This document shows, one piece after another, positions 25,290 to 30,598 of a stretch of 30,598 bases of DNA. A model generated the notes under the pieces. The model saw only the letters and a list, made by a program, of their open reading frames with translations, did not search any database and was not told the origin of the DNA. The number at the start of each line of letters is the position of its first letter. The first letter of the stretch is position 1. Made by a program: the position numbers and the translations under genes. The stretch is from a virus (lineage: Duplodnaviria > Caudoviricetes): IMG/VR virus record IMGVR_UViG_3300036987_000328, positions 1 through 30,598 of that record. One strand, given 5' to 3'.

Positions 25290-25783
25290 GTTTAATAAAG
25301 GGCAAACCCGATTTAAGATTTAAGGTTTACAAAGGGGGAACACTTGTGCACGACTTTACGCTCGATGGATATACCGAATTCGATGAGGACTATGAACCGG
25401 TATTCCTATCGCACGAATTAGATAACAACGAATTGGTACGCAGGTTGGATGGATTCCGCTACCGAGCGCGTGTTTATTTTGAGAAAGTAGATGGAACGAA
25501 ACTGTTAGCTCTTGCAACAATAGTAACTGTTGGCGATTATGATAAAATATTGTTCTACCCAAACTCGATAGATAAGCCTTTGTACTATCTGGATGTAACT
25601 ATTGACGACGATACGGTTAAGCTTGCCACGTTTTATTTGTTGGCTCAGAAGGAATTTGAATTAAAACTGCTTAGTAGAAAATTGGAGGACTGGATTCCTC
25701 TTACGCTTGCAGACTTTACGCATTGGGGTAATATCAGCATTGCGATACAGGATATTACAAAAACATTCTCACAGCTTAATTAG
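25286..25783 (+). CDS. Distal tail-like protein
   Basis: Size, beta-rich composition and position only. Confidence 0.45.
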   Translation: MSLIKGKPDLRFKVYKGGTLVHDFTLDGYTEFDEDYEPVFLSHELDNNELVRRLDGFRYRARVYFEKVDGTKLLALATIVTVGDYDKILFYPNSIDKPLYYLDVTIDDDTVKLATFYLLAQKEFELKLLSRKLEDWIPLTLADFTHWGNISIAIQDITKTFSQLN

Positions 25784-25795
25784 AAAGAAAAAATT

Positions 25796-26767
25796 ATGGC
25801 AGAAATAACATTAGTTCCAGGAACCGACACTCCCAACCAGGGACGTAACAAATGGAATACAAACGACACAAACCTCAATGCGGAACTTGGTGCGGTGTCG
25901 GCGGCGCTAACAGCGCATAAAACCAGCGCGGACCATGATGGCAGGTACTCCACGGAAGACGAAGTCGATGCTAAAGATGCGGTTATTCAAACCAATCTGA
26001 ATAATCATAAAGCCAGCGCCGACCATGACGGCTCGTACGTGAAGAAGGCCGGTGCCGAGACTATTGCCGGGGCAAAAACATTCTCGGAATCCGTGAAAAT
26101 TGTTAAGGCAACGAACACCGCCGATTGCGACATCACCGCAAACACCGCTCAAGTACGTGTGCGCGCAAATGCCTATACTGATTATAAAGCATTATCGATC
26201 GAGCTGAATAAAAATACAATAGCGGACCCGAGTTGGGATTTTGTTTTATTTGCGGCGTCAAATGATGAAAGACTCATTTGCAGTAGAGACGTTTATGCCA
26301 AAGGAAAAAAGCTCGCAACTGAAGAATATGTCCAGGACAGGGTAAAGACTGGAATCAATAACATTCCATTAGCTCTCTATATTGCCTCACCGGCGCAAAA
26401 CACTACTTACACTTTTCCTATTATCGGTGGCGGTACTGTGAAAATCCCGATAGTTCGTGCGATCAATATTCGAGAATACAAAATATTGACCGAGGGAGTT
26501 CTGGTCACCATGGACGACGGCGTCGTGTCTTATCAATTTTCACAGTCAGAGATTAATAATGTTTTGGGCAATAACATATTAGTGCCTAAGATAATCACGG
26601 GACCGGCGACCCCGAATATGCAAATCAAACTTAAATTATTTGCTCTCAAAATTACCGGCGGCGCACTTGTGGAAACACAAATATATGATAGCGGATTCCT
26701 AATGAATGCTTCTCTAAGTTCAGGGACACCAACCACAATTAATATGAACATTATAACAAGTTTGTAG
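25796..26767 (+). CDS. Tail fibre / baseplate protein, no signal peptide
   Basis: N-terminal DTPNQGRNKWNTN, two HKxSADHDGxY repeats, ETIAGAKTF and LATEEYV fibre motifs. Confidence 0.7.
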   Translation: MAEITLVPGTDTPNQGRNKWNTNDTNLNAELGAVSAALTAHKTSADHDGRYSTEDEVDAKDAVIQTNLNNHKASADHDGSYVKKAGAETIAGAKTFSESVKIVKATNTADCDITANTAQVRVRANAYTDYKALSIELNKNTIADPSWDFVLFAASNDERLICSRDVYAKGKKLATEEYVQDRVKTGINNIPLALYIASPAQNTTYTFPIIGGGTVKIPIVRAINIREYKILTEGVLVTMDDGVVSYQFSQSEINNVLGNNILVPKIITGPATPNMQIKLKLFALKITGGALVETQIYDSGFLMNASLSSGTPTTINMNIITSL

Positions 26768-27303
26768 TGGATAGAATATTCTTAAATAATTCAGCCGAAA
26801 TTATGCTCGATGCGCTTGAGCGGATCGTCCATATTTTTATTAACCTTCCTGGAGAAACGACGCTGTCAGAGGTTTATATAAACAAAGGTAACGGCTGGAT
26901 GCCGTACAACGGAACAATTCAGGTGAATGGTATTGATGCAGATTTACCGGGACTCTTGCAACCCGGGCAAAACGTTATAACACTTATTGAGCCATTCGTA
27001 GGAGTTGGAATTTATCTCAAGGGTTATGATTTTCTAAATAGTCTCGATCTAAAAATCCTTAATGTCCCCGGTGTTTCAGGTAAAGATGTAATAATTAGAG
27101 GAGTTAAAGATATTACAACCGACGGTACCGAAATATTATTCCCATCGCCAATAATGGGTAGCTACGAGGTTGCAAAACTCTGGTGTATCGATTCCACCGG
27201 TGTAGACCGTTCTGTTCAATTTTACAATAAAACTCAAAACAGTTTCTGGGCAAAGTCTCTTCGCTCAAACGCAAAGCTTTGTTGGATTGGGTTCCAAACA
27301 TGA
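26767..27303 (+). CDS. Tail-associated protein with C-terminal small beta-sandwich, no signal peptide
   Basis: Coupled GTG start; ILFPSP...YNKTQNSF...CWIGF pattern seen at fibre C-termini. Confidence 0.55.
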   Translation: MDRIFLNNSAEIMLDALERIVHIFINLPGETTLSEVYINKGNGWMPYNGTIQVNGIDADLPGLLQPGQNVITLIEPFVGVGIYLKGYDFLNSLDLKILNVPGVSGKDVIIRGVKDITTDGTEILFPSPIMGSYEVAKLWCIDSTGVDRSVQFYNKTQNSFWAKSLRSNAKLCWIGFQT

Positions 27304-27677
27304 GCTTAAGATTATTTATACTACTCTCGTGTCTGTTGTTTATGTCTTTTGTGTCTTATTCTCAGTCCGATGAGGTCATTGATAAAACCAAAATAATGTC
27401 CGATACAACCATTGTTTTAAAAGTACTACAATTGCCGTCGGGTAGTTATGGAACTGCGACGCTAAGCTCCACCGGCGACAGTATCCGGGTATATGTCATT
27501 GGAGGGATGAACCAAAATGCAAAAATATTAGTAAGTTGGCACGGTGTAAATTTTTTAGGAGAACTTGGCGTTCGTAACCGCTCGCCGGATGGTTTTACTA
27601 TCTTTTCAAACACAGATGAAGTAACTAATATTGAAGTGATATACTTAATTTTGGACAATAAAATAATGTTACCATAA
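27300..27677 (+). CDS. Signal-peptide-bearing small tail-module protein
   Basis: ATGA-coupled start 27300; MSLRLFILLSCLLFMSFVSYS|Q. Confidence 0.7.
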   Translation: MSLRLFILLSCLLFMSFVSYSQSDEVIDKTKIMSDTTIVLKVLQLPSGSYGTATLSSTGDSIRVYVIGGMNQNAKILVSWHGVNFLGELGVRNRSPDGFTIFSNTDEVTNIEVIYLILDNKIMLP

Positions 27678-27689
27678 GGAGAAAAACAA

Positions 27690-29150
27690 ATGAAAAATTT
27701 AAATAGAATCGCTACACTGATGCTGCTTTTCGTATCATTAAGTTTCGCACAATCGGACAAATCAATCAAATGGTGGGATGTCGGTAGTAATCAGTTTAAA
27801 ATACTACCTATACCATTTATACCGATGGACTCTACGCTCGCCGCTAACGTAACCACACCCGTGGCTGGGAAGGGAAATATTTTTATAGGGCTCGACAGGA
27901 GGATGTATGTTAAATGGGTTGGTGGAACAGTTACAGAGATTGGCGGAGCCAATACTGCTCTGAGTAATGTAGCTAATACTGCAGTACCTGTTAACCTCAA
28001 TCCTAATGCTAGTAACTCAGTTCAGTTAGGACAACGTGAGTATTATTGGAAAGGGGTGTACACTAACTTCGGCAATGGTGTAGCATTTAATTATGATGTA
28101 AGTAATGCTATTTTTATGCGCCCCTTAGCGGGGAGTATTGCAGAAGATAGGTCGGTTTTTGTACCCAGCAGCGCAACTGGGTCGGTAGTGCTTTGCGGTT
28201 CTGCATCTGCACCATTGGCATTAAACGGTGGAACCGGAGATATGACGATTAGTAATATTCCGCTATCAACGCTAGGTCAATCCAGTGCTACTACCGGACA
28301 GATTCCGAAATGGAACGGTACGGTATGGGCAGCCGCAAACGATGAGACCGGTAGCGGAGGATTGTCTAGTTTAAACGGACTAACTGCATCTACTCAAACT
28401 TTTGCAACTGGGACAGCAGGCACAGATTTTGGAATTACGAGTACAACGTCTACTCACACATTCAATATCCCAACCGCTTCTGCCACTGCGCGAGGTTTAA
28501 TGTCAACCAGCACTCAAACAATAGCCGGGGCGAAAACGTGGAATGATAACCAGACATTAGCTGCTGGTAAATATACGATATACAAGGGTTCGTCTAACAA
28601 CTACGGAATCAATGCCAACAACAGCACAGGCTCATTAGAGTTCACTAATGATTTGGGCGGTGGAAGCGAGTCAGTGCAGTTACGCCTAGCCAGTGCAGGC
28701 ATCTCCACAATGCCCATATTTCCATTTGGCAATAATCTTTACGATGTTGGAACGTCAAGTTTACGTTATAAGGACGGTTGGTTTGCCGGCAACGTGTATG
28801 GTACATGGGCTGGTAGCACTGTGACGGTCGCAAAAGGCGGGACAGGGTTCACTTCAGCTGGCTCGTTGCATTCGATTCTAGTTAATACTGATGGAGCAAA
28901 TTGGTCGATTAAAATACCGCATCGGAATGGCACTCTGCAAGCAGCGGGCGATACAGCATTTATTGCAGTTACAGGATTAGAGTCTGGAGGGAAGGCGTTT
29001 GCAAGTTGGGGAGTTGTCGGAGGTACAGATGTTCCACTCGGAACCTTATACATTAAAGAAATTGGCAATGGTTATGTTAGAGTAAGGAGTAATGCAGACG
29101 AACAAGTAAACCTACCTATCATCGTCACAATTACTGAGTGGGCAAACTGA
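27690..29150 (+). CDS. Tail-fibre-like protein with Sec signal peptide
   Basis: MKNLNRIATLMLLFVSLSFA|Q; fibre motifs GQIPKWNGTVW, QTIAGAKTW, YDVGTSSLRYKD, VTVAKGGTG; TAAGGAG RBS. Confidence 0.75.
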   Translation: MKNLNRIATLMLLFVSLSFAQSDKSIKWWDVGSNQFKILPIPFIPMDSTLAANVTTPVAGKGNIFIGLDRRMYVKWVGGTVTEIGGANTALSNVANTAVPVNLNPNASNSVQLGQREYYWKGVYTNFGNGVAFNYDVSNAIFMRPLAGSIAEDRSVFVPSSATGSVVLCGSASAPLALNGGTGDMTISNIPLSTLGQSSATTGQIPKWNGTVWAAANDETGSGGLSSLNGLTASTQTFATGTAGTDFGITSTTSTHTFNIPTASATARGLMSTSTQTIAGAKTWNDNQTLAAGKYTIYKGSSNNYGINANNSTGSLEFTNDLGGGSESVQLRLASAGISTMPIFPFGNNLYDVGTSSLRYKDGWFAGNVYGTWAGSTVTVAKGGTGFTSAGSLHSILVNTDGANWSIKIPHRNGTLQAAGDTAFIAVTGLESGGKAFASWGVVGGTDVPLGTLYIKEIGNGYVRVRSNADEQVNLPIIVTITEWAN

Positions 29151-29851
29151 TGAGATTAATATTTTGGCTAATGTTGTTTATGATCATTTGGTGTAGCGTC
29201 TCCTATTGCCAGACATCGGGAGACGTGTCACTATGGCGTACTAACCAATGGAAGCCATCACCTATTACTGGGGACAACAATATTACTGTGACGTATCAAG
29301 CAACCCCGCCGGTATCATTACGATTTGCACTCAAAAACACTGTGCTTGCTGATACGTTAAAGGCTAATAGTGGACAACTTACTTTAGTTTCCTTAACTTA
29401 CAATGGAGAGACACCTGTGATGCATTCTATGCGCACAACATTCACAGGCACAACAAGCAAGTCGCTCAATTACCCAGACGCAACCATGTCTACACTTTCT
29501 GTGGTAGCTGGGGTAGACGGTGCAATACGAGATACTCTTACATACGCAATTAGTTTTCGCAAACCGACAGTCGCAGATAGCTGTTTTGTATGGCGTGTAA
29601 AAAAGAGCGGACTCACGATTATCGCCGGTGAAGCTAAACGAGAAAGTGGAACATCAGCTACTGTTAACATCAAGAAAAATGGTGTTGATATGTTTACCAA
29701 TTATGCAAGCACGGCTGCATTTGCATCTATGGGAAGTGTATCGAACGGAACGCTTACTATTGGCGACAGTATTATGGCCACGGTGAGAGCTGTAGCAGGA
29801 ACACCTAACGCTGTCTTTATCCAACTAACGTACGTGAAGGTGTTGAGATGA
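29150..29851 (+). CDS. Signal-peptide-bearing beta-rich tail-module protein
   Basis: TGATG-coupled start 29150; MRLIFWLMLFMIIWCSVSYC|Q. Confidence 0.7.
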   Translation: MRLIFWLMLFMIIWCSVSYCQTSGDVSLWRTNQWKPSPITGDNNITVTYQATPPVSLRFALKNTVLADTLKANSGQLTLVSLTYNGETPVMHSMRTTFTGTTSKSLNYPDATMSTLSVVAGVDGAIRDTLTYAISFRKPTVADSCFVWRVKKSGLTIIAGEAKRESGTSATVNIKKNGVDMFTNYASTAAFASMGSVSNGTLTIGDSIMATVRAVAGTPNAVFIQLTYVKVLR

Positions 29852-30390
29852 GGTTGTTGTTAATTATATTATTGTTATTACCGATACCGTCGTTTGGGCA
29901 ACAATACTTACGCCCAGACGGCAATGTATTACAAGGATGGACAAGTTGTACCTATACTACTATTGACGAAGTAACGCCAAGTGACGCTGATTATGCTACC
30001 AATAATGATTTATGCACTGCATCGTTAGTAGTTAAAGTATACGAAGGCGTTAATGTTAAAAATACTTGGAGCGGCAGTCTTACATCTTCATACACAACAT
30101 ATTCTTTCACGTTCTCAAGACCAGATGATTTTAATAACTTGTCGCTTAGGTTTACGGTGAATGGAAATAACTGTGACGAAGAAGACCCACAATCACTTAG
30201 CAATGATTTTTGGGTAAGTATGTCTAACCCAAGTAATACTCCAGCTACTGGAACGTACACATGTAGATTTCGAGCAAGAATGTCGGTTAATATTATACCT
30301 GACCCAAACGACGTTCGATTATCGTGGGCAGAAATCGAAGTCCCAAGTGGAGAGTCAAGCACAAACGTTATGATTTTTGGGGACCAGTGA
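29848..30390 (+). CDS. Signal-peptide-bearing beta-sandwich protein, last prophage gene
   Basis: MRLLLIILLLLPIPSFG|Q; four Cys; ATGA coupling. Confidence 0.7.
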   Translation: MRLLLIILLLLPIPSFGQQYLRPDGNVLQGWTSCTYTTIDEVTPSDADYATNNDLCTASLVVKVYEGVNVKNTWSGSLTSSYTTYSFTFSRPDDFNNLSLRFTVNGNNCDEEDPQSLSNDFWVSMSNPSNTPATGTYTCRFRARMSVNIIPDPNDVRLSWAEIEVPSGESSTNVMIFGDQ

Positions 30391-30423
30391 TTATTTGTGA
30401 TATATTACGTGTCATATTGTCCA

Positions 30424-30471
30424 TTCTCATTTATCGTGTAAATACTTTCTCATTTATCGCGTCACGATACA
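30424..30471 (-). repeat. Right end with two tandem putative transposase-binding sites (30424-30436, 30446-30459) and terminal CA
   Basis: TTCTCATTTATCG twice, the inverse of the left-end motif. Confidence 0.9.
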
Positions 30472-30598
30472 CTATCGCTTCAATCCTTCCTGCACCTGAC
30501 AAGCTTCCCACCTGCATTCGAATCCCACCACCTGAGCCACCGCCACTGTTATCGAACCCACCAGAACCTTCTCCACCGTTGGCACGAATAACTCCGTC
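30472..30598 (-). pseudogene. Upstream part of the interrupted host gene
   Basis: DGVIRANGGEGSGGFDNSGGGSGGGIRMQVGSLSGAGRIEAI joins in frame to GGAAYSW at 870. Confidence 0.85.

Larger units (their letters stand above)
875..30471. mobile_element. Complete Mu-like transposable prophage with siphovirus-type tail, 29,597 bp
   Basis: TG at 875 and CA at 30470-30471; aligned imperfect terminal inverted repeats; flanking CTAT duplication; DDE transposase, Gam, DUF935-type portal, terminase, capsid, tape measure; no tail sheath gene seen. Confidence 0.95.

Noticed and set aside
13638-30362. Other opposite-strand ORFs over structural genes (e.g. 16434-16892, 17990-18499, 22203-22670, 23277-23807, 29991-30362)
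   Set aside because: Ser/Ala/Pro-biased shadow translations of well-supported genes, with no promoter or RBS noticed.
25796-30471. Mu-type invertible G segment, gin and mom
   Set aside because: No serine invertase, inverted fibre set or DNA-modification gene is visible.

Overview
Almost the whole window is one apparently complete transposable (Mu-like, DDE-transposase) prophage, 875-30471 (29,597 bp, TG...CA ends, 4-bp CTAT target duplication). It is inserted in a large Gly-rich host gene on the minus strand, and removing the prophage plus one CTAT restores that reading frame. The host is probably FCB-group (Ignavibacteria-like; inferred from Gln+1 signal peptides, D-[ST] motifs, and TTG..TATATTT promoters together with AGGAG RBSs). 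Modules: repressor/Ner-like switch, CII-like gene, transposase, GemA- and Gam-like genes, an inverted head-packaging block, scaffold and capsid, lysis, a non-contractile tail with duplicated tube genes, a frameshifted chaperone, tape measure and fibre genes. The most unusual features are: (1) the last four tail-module genes all carry Sec signal peptides; (2) no MuB-like ATPase, a 4-bp duplication, and exact internal copies of the end-binding site about 11 kb apart; (3) three antisense genes with their own promoters, each overlapped about 300 bp by a sense ORF in the same codon register; (4) a C4/CI-like antisense RNA switch at 11.2-11.4 kb. All product names come from motif recognition and synteny by eye; no searches were run.
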